Under the pieces are notes generated by a model. It searched no databases, was not told the DNA's origin, and saw only the letters and a list, made by a program, of their open reading frames with translations. Of a stretch of DNA of 64,000 nucleotides, positions 51,115 through 61,356 are shown one piece after another. Position 1 is the stretch's first letter, and each line of letters begins with the position of its first letter. Source of the DNA: Escherichia phage vB_EcoM_Goslar; sequence record NC_048170.1; one strand, 5' to 3'. A program made the translations under genes and the position numbers.

Positions 51115-52182
51115 TTAACCTAACGTTACCGTCGGTAAATCAGGATAAAGTTTCTTCAAGCCTGCCATCGTGGTGGTAGTTGTATAATTCTTACCCATTA
51201 CGGCGAGAGATGCGTATTTCCTACTGCGGGAGAAAAGAGAATAGAACCCACTGGATGTTTCCATCCACATCGTGAGGAGTTCTGCATCGTTACCGTGATA
51301 GTTCGTTTTACCCCATCCAGGTTTAAACGCATCAGCAAAATCAATTAAACGCGAGGCTTCAGCGTCGTATTCTTTAAGGGTAATGTACGATGGAATGCGG
51401 TAGTTACGAAACAGTAACGTAATGAGTTCAGGGACAACGCTACGGGCACGTTCAGCCGTGATAAGTTCGGTGATCACAGCAGCTGTACGGAAATCGCCGT
51501 TAAGACCAACGCTGCTTAACGATTCCGCTAAAGTGGTCGCCATCGCCACTTTATCCTCCGCTGACCCAGAGTCATACAGACTACGCACATCGATGTAGTT
51601 GCCTGCTAATGCGGCTTGACGAATCAACGATGTGACAACTGTCCGGTTCGTCTTATAGTCGTTGTAGCTGAATTCGGTTCGCGTTTTCCCTTGATCGTCG
51701 AGATACCGATCGACAATCGTCGACAGTTTATAATACTCATCGCCCGACATCAGACTATCGAGAAGCTTAACGTTTCCATCTTTATCAATAAGCTTCCCTA
51801 ACGCGCCATTGGATTGCTGGTTAATGGTGCTGTAAATCTGGTCTTTTACTTGCGATAGGATGTTATCGGTTGACGATATATTCAGGCCAGTAACATCTTT
51901 GATCTTATTCATCAACGCATTTTCATTCAGGGAGATTTTGCCTCCGCTGATATCGATGAAAGAATTAAGATCGCTTATGGAAATCAGGTTTCCTGTTAAC
52001 GCCGATAATGTACTATTGATACTGTTCGTAATACTGCTGCGAAAACTGGTTAACGCATCCGCCGCTGAAACAGCGGTACCGCTAACCGCTTTAAGGAGCG
52101 TATCACGCCCTGTCGAAAAGTCACTGGTGATGGTTTTGATCTTGGACGTATCTATACTCGGCAGTTTGTCGTAAAGACTCAT
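51115..52182 (-). CDS. hypothetical protein (start MSLYDKLP)
   Basis: RBS GGAGG before ATG at 52182; ORF-track start is further upstream. Confidence 0.5.
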   Translation of the reverse strand: MSLYDKLPSIDTSKIKTITSDFSTGRDTLLKAVSGTAVSAADALTSFRSSITNSINSTLSALTGNLISISDLNSFIDISGGKISLNENALMNKIKDVTGLNISSTDNILSQVKDQIYSTINQQSNGALGKLIDKDGNVKLLDSLMSGDEYYKLSTIVDRYLDDQGKTRTEFSYNDYKTNRTVVTSLIRQAALAGNYIDVRSLYDSGSAEDKVAMATTLAESLSSVGLNGDFRTAAVITELITAERARSVVPELITLLFRNYRIPSYITLKEYDAEASRLIDFADAFKPGWGKTNYHGNDAELLTMWMETSSGFYSLFSRSRKYASLAVMGKNYTTTTTMAGLKKLYPDLPTVTLG

Positions 52183-52210
52183 CACGTCCTCCTGAAAAAG
52201 AAAAAAGAAA

Positions 52211-52220
52211 TACGGCATAA
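52211..52220 (-). promoter_or_regulatory. TTTATGCCGT box following hairpin
   Basis: minus strand agcctacccac-cattgt-gtgggtaggct then TTTATGCCGTAT, 29 nt upstream of ATG at 52182. Confidence 0.45.
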
Positions 52221-52264
52221 AGCCTACCCACACAATGGTGGGTAGGCTAAGATCAACATCGATG

Positions 52265-52777
52265 TTAAACTTCTTCGTTTTCTGAACCTAACGATTCAGC
52301 ATCTGGATCGTCAACAGGAATTGTTGCATCAAAATACCGTTTCGTATGCGTGGTTGTATATCCTACGCTATCTGTGATGGAAATCGTAAACGTGACTTCC
52401 CTTGCACGGATTAAGCGTAGTTTATTCATGAAGTTACGGAACGGCATCGATCCCCGATTCAACTCCTTAATGACGTTTCCTCGAATACTGGAAATGTCTT
52501 TATTCGTTTTATCAGGATGTCGTTTCTTCACATCACGCATATGTCGGGTAATATACGAATTGAGCTGATTTGCGCCGATCCCTCTCTCCGTATAAATCTG
52601 CAACAGGAACTCCGTAAGGAAATCCTGTCTACCCGTAGGCGTCCAGAAATTGTTACCGTGATGGTAGTTAGTCGCTCGTCCTCGATTGCTTTGAGGATTT
52701 TCATCATCGCTTTCATCACGACGCTTAAGCGGATTAATGCGTGCGCGGAAAGAGACTTCATTATATTTATTTGTCAT
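52265..52777 (-). CDS. hypothetical basic protein (start MTNKYNEV)
   Basis: ATGA overlap with stop of 52774..53289. Confidence 0.45.
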   Translation of the reverse strand: MTNKYNEVSFRARINPLKRRDESDDENPQSNRGRATNYHHGNNFWTPTGRQDFLTEFLLQIYTERGIGANQLNSYITRHMRDVKKRHPDKTNKDISSIRGNVIKELNRGSMPFRNFMNKLRLIRAREVTFTISITDSVGYTTTHTKRYFDATIPVDDPDAESLGSENEEV

Positions 52778-53289
52778 AATACACCAGTGTACTGACTGAG
52801 TGCGAAGGTTAGGAGTTCGCAACAGTCTCTCGCTAGTTTCCTTGTTTTGCGTAATCCATAAGCCGCATCCAAATCGTCCCGTTCCGCCAGCGCGTCTAAC
52901 CACGTCGCAAGTATGCGTCCATACTCGATAACGTCGCGCATGAGAACGTCGAACTGGATAACACGACCATCGGCATCAGCAAGCCAACGATTGAATGTGA
53001 TTTGTGGTGCTAGTATTGCATATGTTCTCTCCTCTAATGCGATTATGTTTATGTTGCCTTCGTTATCGAACGCTTGATGCCAACGGCGAAGGTCAAGCAT
53101 CAACGACTCAGCGTCCATATACCACAACGGTAAATACGTTTTACGTGCAACGCGTATATCGTAGATGTTGTGAACCCAGGACGTTGTTTTGTAAAGCAAC
53201 AAGAGTTCGTTTAACCGTTGCCTATCATCTTGAAACGTCTTCCTTTTATAACGCTGGAACGCACGCCTCAAGAAAAAGCGATGTAACAT
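52774..53289 (-). CDS. hypothetical protein
   Basis: 171-aa ORF. Confidence 0.5.
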   Translation of the reverse strand: MLHRFFLRRAFQRYKRKTFQDDRQRLNELLLLYKTTSWVHNIYDIRVARKTYLPLWYMDAESLMLDLRRWHQAFDNEGNINIIALEERTYAILAPQITFNRWLADADGRVIQFDVLMRDVIEYGRILATWLDALAERDDLDAAYGLRKTRKLARDCCELLTFALSQYTGVL

Positions 53290-53422
53290 GGCATCACCTA
53301 TGTATCATTCTTGCAGGCATCAATGAAGCCATCACAAGAAGGTAACGTTATACGTCGCCTTCATGACAGTCATCATGAAGGTAATATAGTCCTGTTATTT
53401 TTTTCAATACGGAGAATGTAAA

Positions 53423-54052
53423 ATGAGCGAATATGGTGTTGCCCCCGTAGATGATGAACCGCAAGAAGCACCTGATAAATTCGAGGTCCGTCTTGACGAA
53501 ACCCGTAATATCCGCCAACGATTTATTCAACGCCTTGAAATGCTATTAGATAGCGAATTCAAAGATTTCGAGCGTAATCCTGGCGCTGATAACAAAGCCA
53601 TCGTCGACGTCGAAAACGTCGACCGAATAGGTAAGCTGTTGTTGAAATCGTTGGGCGATAACGACAAAGTCGACTTAACGTTGAAACGTATCAGTGCCGA
53701 CCAGGCCATGAACGACAGCGCGTTGAAAACAGCACAAGCCCTAACCGAAACCATGCTGCGCCGCTTAGGTCAGATGGATCAACATCCTCTCGCAGCAGGG
53801 GCTGTTTATGAAGGCGAAGTCGTGAAGCCAGTCACACCTGAAGAACGTGATCGTCGACTTGGTTTTGCGTCATTGGAAGAGTTCGATAGTAAGGAGTTTT
53901 CACCAGGCGTTCTCATCCAGGGACGTGTCGAAGAAACCAGTGATGCTTTCTACGCTAGAATGGCTCAACTGACGGCGTCGGTTCGTGAGGAGGTATCTCA
54001 GAAGATGGCTGCAGACCATCAGTCTTCGGAGGCGTCACACGAGGAGGAATAA
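53423..54052 (+). CDS. hypothetical acidic protein
   Basis: 209-aa ORF. Confidence 0.5.
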   Translation: MSEYGVAPVDDEPQEAPDKFEVRLDETRNIRQRFIQRLEMLLDSEFKDFERNPGADNKAIVDVENVDRIGKLLLKSLGDNDKVDLTLKRISADQAMNDSALKTAQALTETMLRRLGQMDQHPLAAGAVYEGEVVKPVTPEERDRRLGFASLEEFDSKEFSPGVLIQGRVEETSDAFYARMAQLTASVREEVSQKMAADHQSSEASHEEE

Positions 54053-54743
54053 AATAACTGAACCATTTTATTCCAAAGAACCGCATGAACATCACAGGTG
54101 CGTTAGAAAGTTCGATTGCTTCGTAAAGTTTATCATAAGCCAGATCGGAATCAGGGATGGTTTCACTGATTCGTCTGGCTACAACCAATACGTTACAAAT
54201 CGGATTGTCTTCTAACAGCATCTGATTGGGGAGGTGCCAGCGTTTGAAATCGTAAAAGAACATCGCATTATACGTCTTACGGATTTCTGACGGATGCAGT
54301 GTGGCCGGATGACGGTAAATAATCTCAACGCTATCTTGCGCGCCGAGGTATTGCTGGATGCCTTCTTTTAACGCAATTGCAGCATCTCCCACAAATTCAA
54401 ACGGGTACGTATTCACATGAACCGAAAAATCCGGTGCAGCAATCCCTGTCAAGCGGTCTTTCATGTAGTCCGCTACCACGTAACATAATCGCCACATCAA
54501 CTCCGTCGGAATGCATTTATCGAGAATGGTTTCATCGATATTTGCCAACGCACCCTTAAACTCTTCGTAAGTGTAAGTAACACCCGCCTGCTTCTCCGGC
54601 TCCAGGTTATAGGGTCGGTAATGCCATTTCTTCCCCCACTTTCTGATAGCCTCCGGATCCAACGTTGTTGCTACCGCCATTTCGATATCAAGCAGCGCCT
54701 CGAGTTCTACGTACACCGTCACTAACGCCGCACTTCCAATCAT
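53955..54743 (-). CDS. hypothetical protein
   Basis: 262-aa ORF; 3' end overlaps convergent gene by about 100 nt. Confidence 0.45.
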   Translation of the reverse strand: MIGSAALVTVYVELEALLDIEMAVATTLDPEAIRKWGKKWHYRPYNLEPEKQAGVTYTYEEFKGALANIDETILDKCIPTELMWRLCYVVADYMKDRLTGIAAPDFSVHVNTYPFEFVGDAAIALKEGIQQYLGAQDSVEIIYRHPATLHPSEIRKTYNAMFFYDFKRWHLPNQMLLEDNPICNVLVVARRISETIPDSDLAYDKLYEAIELSNAPVMFMRFFGIKWFSYFIPPRVTPPKTDGLQPSSEIPPHEPTPSVEPF

Positions 54744-55447
54744 CGTTGCTCTCCAGCTTCACCGGTTAACATCTGCATATCGGGAGACGTTTTAATTTTC
54801 TTCTCGTACTCTTTTGTTTGTTTGAATACCAACTCACCGATTTCTTCCAATTCTTCAACGGTGACGGTATGCAAATAAAGCAACGGAATAATCCAGGTAT
54901 TCGCACGAAGCATATCCCGAATATCATCAACGGTGGGTAATTCCGTAAAGAACTGTTCGTCTACCGCGAATAAATCCCGGGCGATACCATCCACCAGTTT
55001 ATGATTGCTTTCATGGATCCATGCAAAACTTCCAGCAAGATGATCGATAAGTATATCGATATCATCGACCGTTGAGAACACTGTACGGCGAACATGCGTT
55101 GTGAGGTCCATCGTAAAACCCATTAACGAAGGGGTTTCCTCAGAACGGAGTTCACGCCAAAGACGGATCATGTTTTCAGGGATAAACAAATCATGGATGA
55201 ACGTCACACTGAATTTCGTAACCCAGTCACGAATTGTTGCCCCTTTGGAATATTGTTGCGGCGGGGAATACAAATACACCCAGCGTTTTGTGTACGCGAT
55301 AACTTCCTTTCGCATCGCTGCATCTAAAACAAGCACGTAACGATCGGAAGCAAGCTCTTCTAATAAAAGCTCGAACGCGGTATCACTCTCTGGGGAGAAC
55401 GATCGTTTTATTTCTGCGATACGTCGTGATAACCGACCACGTAACAT
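54740..55447 (-). CDS. hypothetical protein
   Basis: 235-aa ORF. Confidence 0.5.
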   Translation of the reverse strand: MLRGRLSRRIAEIKRSFSPESDTAFELLLEELASDRYVLVLDAAMRKEVIAYTKRWVYLYSPPQQYSKGATIRDWVTKFSVTFIHDLFIPENMIRLWRELRSEETPSLMGFTMDLTTHVRRTVFSTVDDIDILIDHLAGSFAWIHESNHKLVDGIARDLFAVDEQFFTELPTVDDIRDMLRANTWIIPLLYLHTVTVEELEEIGELVFKQTKEYEKKIKTSPDMQMLTGEAGEQR

Positions 55448-55449
55448 AA

Positions 55450-56124
55450 TTAGCCCTCATCAAGGTTATTCTGGAGATGCATCGCGGTGAGGATAACGCC
55501 AACCGCCGAAACCGATTTTGCCTTGCTGTCTTCAGGGAGCTGCTCCAAGCTTACGGTACCTGTTTCTAACAGCATGCGGTTCATCGCGTTGAACTTCTTA
55601 TCGTCACCACCACGAGCCTGCATCAGTTCTCGGTTCACGTTCGGCATCGAGCGTCCTAACGTTGCTTGCATTTCCGGCTGACTCCAAGTGGAACCTTTAC
55701 TATCACCCGTCGGCTGATTGGTGAGCTGGTCCTTGGTGTTGTTGTTTTTCGGAATCGATATTTTAGCACTCAACGTTTCGGCTTGTCGGCGGTTTGGAAT
55801 CAAGTACAATCTGGTTGGACGGTCACGAAGCACCAGTTGTCCTGTTTTCTGGTCGGTGAGGTAAATACGCTGGAAGAAAGGGAAACCGTATTTCTTACCG
55901 ACTTCCAACGCACGTTTTATCGTCACCTCGTTTTTGTTCATGTTGGGTACCCAGATGGGTAGAATCTCTTTCTTATCCCGACATAAACGCATATAGGCAT
56001 CAAACGTCTCATCATCGATTTCAGCAAAACGTTTTTTGTAAATAGCGTAAGTCGGGCTCGATTCACCCACCAGGTCTTTGATATACCCAAGAATGAATTT
56101 TTCTGCTGCAGCGCGGTTGGACAT
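55450..56124 (-). CDS. hypothetical protein
   Basis: 224-aa ORF. Confidence 0.5.
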   Translation of the reverse strand: MSNRAAAEKFILGYIKDLVGESSPTYAIYKKRFAEIDDETFDAYMRLCRDKKEILPIWVPNMNKNEVTIKRALEVGKKYGFPFFQRIYLTDQKTGQLVLRDRPTRLYLIPNRRQAETLSAKISIPKNNNTKDQLTNQPTGDSKGSTWSQPEMQATLGRSMPNVNRELMQARGGDDKKFNAMNRMLLETGTVSLEQLPEDSKAKSVSAVGVILTAMHLQNNLDEG

Positions 56125-56133
56125 AAACGTCTC

Positions 56134-56475
56134 CTATTGTCGTGTCTGTTGCGGAAATACCCGAAACACCTGGACAATGATGTTCTTGTCCTCGCGGTTG
56201 GCGATGTCGATCATGTGTTTTGTTCCAGGACTTTTGAAATCCCAGAACGCAATTAAATGCGTAATGACATCGCCCATCCACTCATTGCGTCTGAATCCAG
56301 CACCTTTACGATAAGGGCCATCCCAATCGGCAGGAAACGTGGTGTATTTAAACCCGTAATCCTTCGCATAGCGGCGCACGTGCAAATCAGCACCTGAACG
56401 CGCACCGCCAGCAATGAGATGAACTTTGTCGTGAGGGAGGTTATGTAACATCTGGTTCATACGCTTTTCGAACAA
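56134..56475 (-). CDS. SLOG-fold / DUF2493-like protein
   Basis: LIAGGARSGADL...FPADWDG...GAGFRRNEWM...IAFWDFKSPGTKHMI. Confidence 0.55.
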   Translation of the reverse strand: MFEKRMNQMLHNLPHDKVHLIAGGARSGADLHVRRYAKDYGFKYTTFPADWDGPYRKGAGFRRNEWMGDVITHLIAFWDFKSPGTKHMIDIANREDKNIIVQVFRVFPQQTRQ

Positions 56476-56528
56476 GGGATAATCATCCCAGTAGCGTGAT
56501 CCTGATACCCCTACACGATAGGGTTCGC

Positions 56529-56849
56529 TTATCTTCCACCGCGCAATGACTTTACGTTGCGTGCGATAAAGGGTGCAACGTAATCACGGAAATTATGGAT
56601 CCATCCTTTAATGGGTTGGTTGTCTAGTAAGCACTCACGTACCGAAAACGTACTTACTTCTAATACGCCGAACTGTAGTCGCCAATAGCGATTGATTTCA
56701 GCTTGGGTATGTTCTAATGTCATGTACTCAGGAACACGAGCCAATAGGTCGTGTTTAAATTGCTCAGCAATCGCTGGTTGATGTGACGCAATTGTCTGCG
56801 TGATAACATCAATCAGTTCATGCGCATGCTTGATAGCAGGTGCGGTCAT
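56529..56849 (-). CDS. hypothetical protein
   Basis: 106-aa ORF. Confidence 0.45.
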   Translation of the reverse strand: MTAPAIKHAHELIDVITQTIASHQPAIAEQFKHDLLARVPEYMTLEHTQAEINRYWRLQFGVLEVSTFSVRECLLDNQPIKGWIHNFRDYVAPFIARNVKSLRGGR

Positions 56850-56861
56850 TTATTTAGCCTT

Positions 56862-58352
56862 TTATTTTTTACTCGGACGATTCAATGCGGGTACCGGGTT
56901 CTTTGGTTGCTTTGTCTTTTCATCCATCCAGTACGGGAAGTACTCACCGGTACGCATACGCAATAAGTCCATTGTGGACAGGAACGGCAGTGGGTTAGGA
57001 TCGTCCAAATACGTCCAGTAACCACGCGTGTTTAACAATACATCCCAATCGAAACCTTTTGCTTTAAGATCGTCGTACAGTTCCTGTGGGGTGCAATACA
57101 GCTGTGGGTTTTCGTAAACCTCTTGACGCCAGAGATTATGCATCTGACACAGCTCCGACGTGATTTCCAGAGCACGCTGTAAATACTCATCCTCTTCGCA
57201 AAGAGAACGAATGGTCGTACGCTGCAACGCAACATCCGGATAAATATCCAAATATACCGTTGAAGCACCATCAGCTGATTTACCACCTGACGCATGCATA
57301 CCCCAACCACGCATCCAATCTTTATCGCGCAGGTAGTGGTATTCCGTTAATGATGGTTTAACCCCTTCGCTCTGACTAACCACAATCGGGAACGGTAAGC
57401 CGGTGGGTCCGTTTTTAGCACGCATGTTGAAGACTTGAATCAACTGCAGATCGGTATCCCCGATAAGGTTGTCACCAGGCCCACGCGGATAAAGGACGCG
57501 TTTATCGGCGTTCTGAAGAATCGTCAGTTTATCGATTTTCCAGAGGTTATTCGTATAAAACGTGAAGCGTTCCGGGACGTTCTTAAACTTCTCATCGCCC
57601 TTAAACCCTTTCAGTTTTCGTACCGGCTGCTGTCCAGGCATACCACCGACGTTTACACCATCACCAAGGTGGGCAGTCATGGTAATGTAGATACCCGCCG
57701 ACGCTGTGAGTACTGGCATCTGTGATAAAATCTGGCTTTTCGCTGCTGCGGAACGCATCGCTTCAGCATTCAGTTTTGCACCACCAGCGGTTTCTTTATC
57801 GAACAATGCATCAACAGCATCGATTGGTAACCCAGAGAAACTGTCGATGAGTACAACGGTCGGCAACCACCAGGTATAGTTCTCACCGTGTTTATTAATA
57901 AACGGAACGGCTTTGCGTTGAGATTTATCTTTGACCTTGTCGTCACGGAATTTCTTAATCGCATCAAACCAAATGTTACCGCTCATCTGAACAGCATCGG
58001 TGATAAACACACGTTCTTCTTCGAAAAGATCGACACCTGCGATATTAGACATGTTCATCGCAAGCGTTAAGATACGTGTTGTCGTTAACGACATTTCTGT
58101 GTCGTAAACGCTACTATTGCTGTTTGCGTAACGATCGATAACGCGTAACAAGCGAAACATTATGAACGTGGTTTTGTTCATGTTGCCGCGAGCGCCTGCG
58201 CCCTCAACAAGCATCATGCCGCCATTACAAATGCTTTCACCGTGTTTACCGACATAGTACCGACCACCAGATGTGGGAATATCCATTAAGCAACCAATGT
58301 TGAGATTAAAACGCATCTCTTCACCAGGAGAAAGGTACTTATTAAGATTCAT
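56862..58352 (-). CDS. RecA-fold ATPase, possibly UvsX/RecA-like recombinase
   Basis: VEGAGARGNMNKTTF (P-loop-like), VVLIDSFSGL (Walker B-like). Confidence 0.4.
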   Translation of the reverse strand: MNLNKYLSPGEEMRFNLNIGCLMDIPTSGGRYYVGKHGESICNGGMMLVEGAGARGNMNKTTFIMFRLLRVIDRYANSNSSVYDTEMSLTTTRILTLAMNMSNIAGVDLFEEERVFITDAVQMSGNIWFDAIKKFRDDKVKDKSQRKAVPFINKHGENYTWWLPTVVLIDSFSGLPIDAVDALFDKETAGGAKLNAEAMRSAAAKSQILSQMPVLTASAGIYITMTAHLGDGVNVGGMPGQQPVRKLKGFKGDEKFKNVPERFTFYTNNLWKIDKLTILQNADKRVLYPRGPGDNLIGDTDLQLIQVFNMRAKNGPTGLPFPIVVSQSEGVKPSLTEYHYLRDKDWMRGWGMHASGGKSADGASTVYLDIYPDVALQRTTIRSLCEEDEYLQRALEITSELCQMHNLWRQEVYENPQLYCTPQELYDDLKAKGFDWDVLLNTRGYWTYLDDPNPLPFLSTMDLLRMRTGEYFPYWMDEKTKQPKNPVPALNRPSKK

Positions 58353-58450
58353 TGGGTAAAGACTCCTTCGATTCTTCGACTAATTCTTAGTGTTCAGAGA
58401 ATAACTATTTTTAGTTAAGACTGACAACCGCTATTTCCACGAGGACAATC

Positions 58451-59293
58451 ATGCATAAATTTACCATTCCTGAAGACCCGATTACACTGCAGACCCTTTG
58501 GGATTCACATCGTGCTTTATCAATGGAAGGCTTTGCGCAAGACTTCGCTTCACTTACCGCAGTAACGAACCTTCGTAGTATGTTTACTAACGGTAAGAAG
58601 TTCGTTACCGATTGGCTTAAGAAACGTGATGTGACGGTTTATCCTAAAGTCTTCGATGACCTCGATACCATCTTTAGCAACAACGCTTACAGCGATCTCA
58701 TTGGGTATCGCGCTTTTATTCCGAATGGTTTAAATGCGCCGATGTCAGATTATGTTGTCGCTTTAACCCAGAGTCTGGATAGCGTAATTGGCACCATCCT
58801 ACCCGATTTGGATAAGTTGACCGTAACGTGCGCTAAAGCCGTCAACGACGTTAACTTCCGTCGTAGTAGTGGTATGGCTCAAACACTACCTAAAAACGAT
58901 CCAGAGAACGTTCTAGAGACGTTACGTGCGATGTTCAAACAAGGGACGGTAACACAGACCACTGTAGGCCGTGCATATAAGAACGAAGATGATATTCGTC
59001 AGATCGGAAAAGATCTGGATGCTTCCCGTATCCGTGCGCTTGACGTTAATCCTAAAGACGTGAAGAAGGCAATCGAACGTTTCATGGAGGTAGCTGACCG
59101 TTTAACCGAAATCCTGGTTCAAGACTACAACGAAGGTGCGGTGAGTAACGCAATGATTCGCGATATTAGCGACGCTATCTACCAAACAGCCAAACAGGCT
59201 GAGCTGTATGCGTTTCTCGTGAACGCTTTGGCTGAGGCGATCATCGCATATAACGACACTTGGGACGCTGTTAAAAAGAACGCGAAAAAATAA
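58451..59293 (+). CDS. hypothetical protein
   Basis: 280-aa ORF. Confidence 0.5.
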   Translation: MHKFTIPEDPITLQTLWDSHRALSMEGFAQDFASLTAVTNLRSMFTNGKKFVTDWLKKRDVTVYPKVFDDLDTIFSNNAYSDLIGYRAFIPNGLNAPMSDYVVALTQSLDSVIGTILPDLDKLTVTCAKAVNDVNFRRSSGMAQTLPKNDPENVLETLRAMFKQGTVTQTTVGRAYKNEDDIRQIGKDLDASRIRALDVNPKDVKKAIERFMEVADRLTEILVQDYNEGAVSNAMIRDISDAIYQTAKQAELYAFLVNALAEAIIAYNDTWDAVKKNAKK

Positions 59294-59301
59294 CATAATA
59301 A

Positions 59302-59337
59302 CCCACCCTACTACCCCGTTAAGGGCGGTAGGGTGGG
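59302..59337. terminator. bidirectional terminator hairpin
   Basis: cccaccctac...gtagggtggg between convergent genes, followed by TTTATTTGCCGTAT. Confidence 0.5.
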
Positions 59338-59344
59338 ATAAGGT

Positions 59345-59776
59345 TTATTTGCCGTATAGTTGTACCACTCGTTGTGTCGTAGGAACGCAGACTCTTACCA
59401 GAAGCTTCTTAATCTCCTGACGAATCGTTGCTTTATCATCATAATAAAGCCATGGCGGAACGCGTTGCATTATGCACTGCACGGCTTCATCGTAGTTCGT
59501 CGTCTCATTAAGTAACGTCTCACTATCCAGATCTTTCCATGCAGTAATACCAAGTCGCGCAGCAAACATCAACGCTGAAACCGACTCAGCTATCTCCAAT
59601 CGCTCATTCATATCCGCAAGACCTTTTAGCATGATGTAATTATCATCATGCTGATGTAAGGTGCCATACAAACTTCCGAAGAGAAGTATACGTTTAGCTT
59701 TTGCGGTTAAGAGGAACGACAGGAGAGCGTGTTTCAACGGTTGTTTCTCACGTTCTACCTGTTCGACCATCACCAT
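59345..59776 (-). CDS. hypothetical protein
   Basis: 143-aa ORF. Confidence 0.5.
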   Translation of the reverse strand: MVMVEQVEREKQPLKHALLSFLLTAKAKRILLFGSLYGTLHQHDDNYIMLKGLADMNERLEIAESVSALMFAARLGITAWKDLDSETLLNETTNYDEAVQCIMQRVPPWLYYDDKATIRQEIKKLLVRVCVPTTQRVVQLYGK

Positions 59777-59779
59777 TGA

Positions 59780-61318
59780 TTACTCCAACACATAACGTGG
59801 GTTACTGTATATGTTAGCCCATATACCAACGTCGTCTCCTGATTCGATAATCACAGCGAAACGAAACGCAACATCAGATTCACGATAAGTTACCGCGTAC
59901 GCTTTCGTTTCTGGCGATGCTAAATAGCTCAAGTTCAGACGTTGAGGTAGGTCTAACCCCAAGGACATGGTACAAGACGTAACGCCCTGCTTATCGGGGG
60001 TCAGTCTGTAATTCACGTCCACCTTCAAGCTTTTCGTAACCTGCGTAATCGCACTATGCACTTTGGTAACCGTTTTGCCTTTCTTATCCTTTTCTGTTTC
60101 GAAAAGAACGTCGGTAATTTCGGTTACAACCAGGCGCGGTGTGGATTCGCGGTTAGCATCCAGCCATTCATCCAGCAACGTCTTTAAGAAGTTCAAGGAA
60201 TCAATCGCGCGCCAAGCAAGGTTAGGTGGATTGCACGCTTCCATTAGAATGGCTGTGTTGGATCCACCTAGCGGAAGATGCACGCTCTTACCGAGGCCCG
60301 TCGGACGCATCGTAAGATCGCACTCGCCCTCAAGAATATCGCGATGATACTGACGATGATGAAGGTTATCCGTGTATGCGATATACACTGACTCCGTTGT
60401 CCCATGCTCTAATACCCGAGATGCATGCGTACGCATAATCTCAACAGCATCATCCGGCTTGCTTAAATAGATAACACTGTACGCACTATCGCTAATCCTT
60501 TTCCCTAACTCAAGACGTCCCTTGTTGTCTTTATCAGTGTTACCACCGAAATAGATGTAGCGGCCATCTTTCGCACGCTCTTGCTGCTGGTTGGTGGTAA
60601 AGTAGCAGCGTGAGAACGTAAAGAACGGGCTTATTTCCGGTTCGGGGCTCCAATACCCCTTAGCCGGAAGTTCGCGGCGTATTTGGGTTCTTACAGCCCA
60701 GTCCTGGTTTTGTGACAGATATGTTCCACGCGTTGCCAGCATATCCGCACGTTCGTTACCAACATTGCCCTCATGTCCAGGAACGTAGCGCAGCGAAATA
60801 TCGATAGCGTCGCGCTTCGCATCCCTTATCGCGCTATCGAGTTTCCGCCACCGTTCCGCATTCATTAACGGTTTATTGTCGGATTTAACCCAGTTGTTCT
60901 CTCGCCAGTTAGCAAGATGGTTGGTGGCACCTACAACAACATATTGGCTGTCCGACAACAGCTGGATCCGTTTTGCCCCCTTTGCTTTTCCAAGTTCAAT
61001 CGCACGTATTGCAGCATCCAACTCAGCCTGATTGTTCGTTACGTTGAAACCCAAAGCCTCTAACTCATCCACGTATTCCTTGGGTTCGACCAGCACAGCG
61101 TCTTTAGGAAAGTCGAGTTTAGGGTCAACATAACCGTATTGCGTTGGTTTGGGCTTCCCACTTTTTGAGGGTTCCAAGGTGCCTTTTATTTCTTTCACCA
61201 TATCGTAGGTGTAGCCGTGCACGCCGTAGCCACCATACCCACTCGATGTTGGACGGGATCCTCCATCACAGTAGAAAACGGCACCGAGCTCAGTATTTCC
61301 TGCCATTGTAAACCTCAT
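59780..61318 (-). CDS. RNase H-domain protein with C-terminal extension
   Basis: N-terminal FYCDGGS...NNQAELDAAIRAIE...LLSDSQYVV...NW...GHEGNVGNERADMLA matches RNase HI catalytic blocks. Confidence 0.7.
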   Translation of the reverse strand: MRFTMAGNTELGAVFYCDGGSRPTSSGYGGYGVHGYTYDMVKEIKGTLEPSKSGKPKPTQYGYVDPKLDFPKDAVLVEPKEYVDELEALGFNVTNNQAELDAAIRAIELGKAKGAKRIQLLSDSQYVVVGATNHLANWRENNWVKSDNKPLMNAERWRKLDSAIRDAKRDAIDISLRYVPGHEGNVGNERADMLATRGTYLSQNQDWAVRTQIRRELPAKGYWSPEPEISPFFTFSRCYFTTNQQQERAKDGRYIYFGGNTDKDNKGRLELGKRISDSAYSVIYLSKPDDAVEIMRTHASRVLEHGTTESVYIAYTDNLHHRQYHRDILEGECDLTMRPTGLGKSVHLPLGGSNTAILMEACNPPNLAWRAIDSLNFLKTLLDEWLDANRESTPRLVVTEITDVLFETEKDKKGKTVTKVHSAITQVTKSLKVDVNYRLTPDKQGVTSCTMSLGLDLPQRLNLSYLASPETKAYAVTYRESDVAFRFAVIIESGDDVGIWANIYSNPRYVLE

Positions 61319-61356
61319 TAATCATTGTCCGTATGATAGCCCAAAGTTGTACGGTA

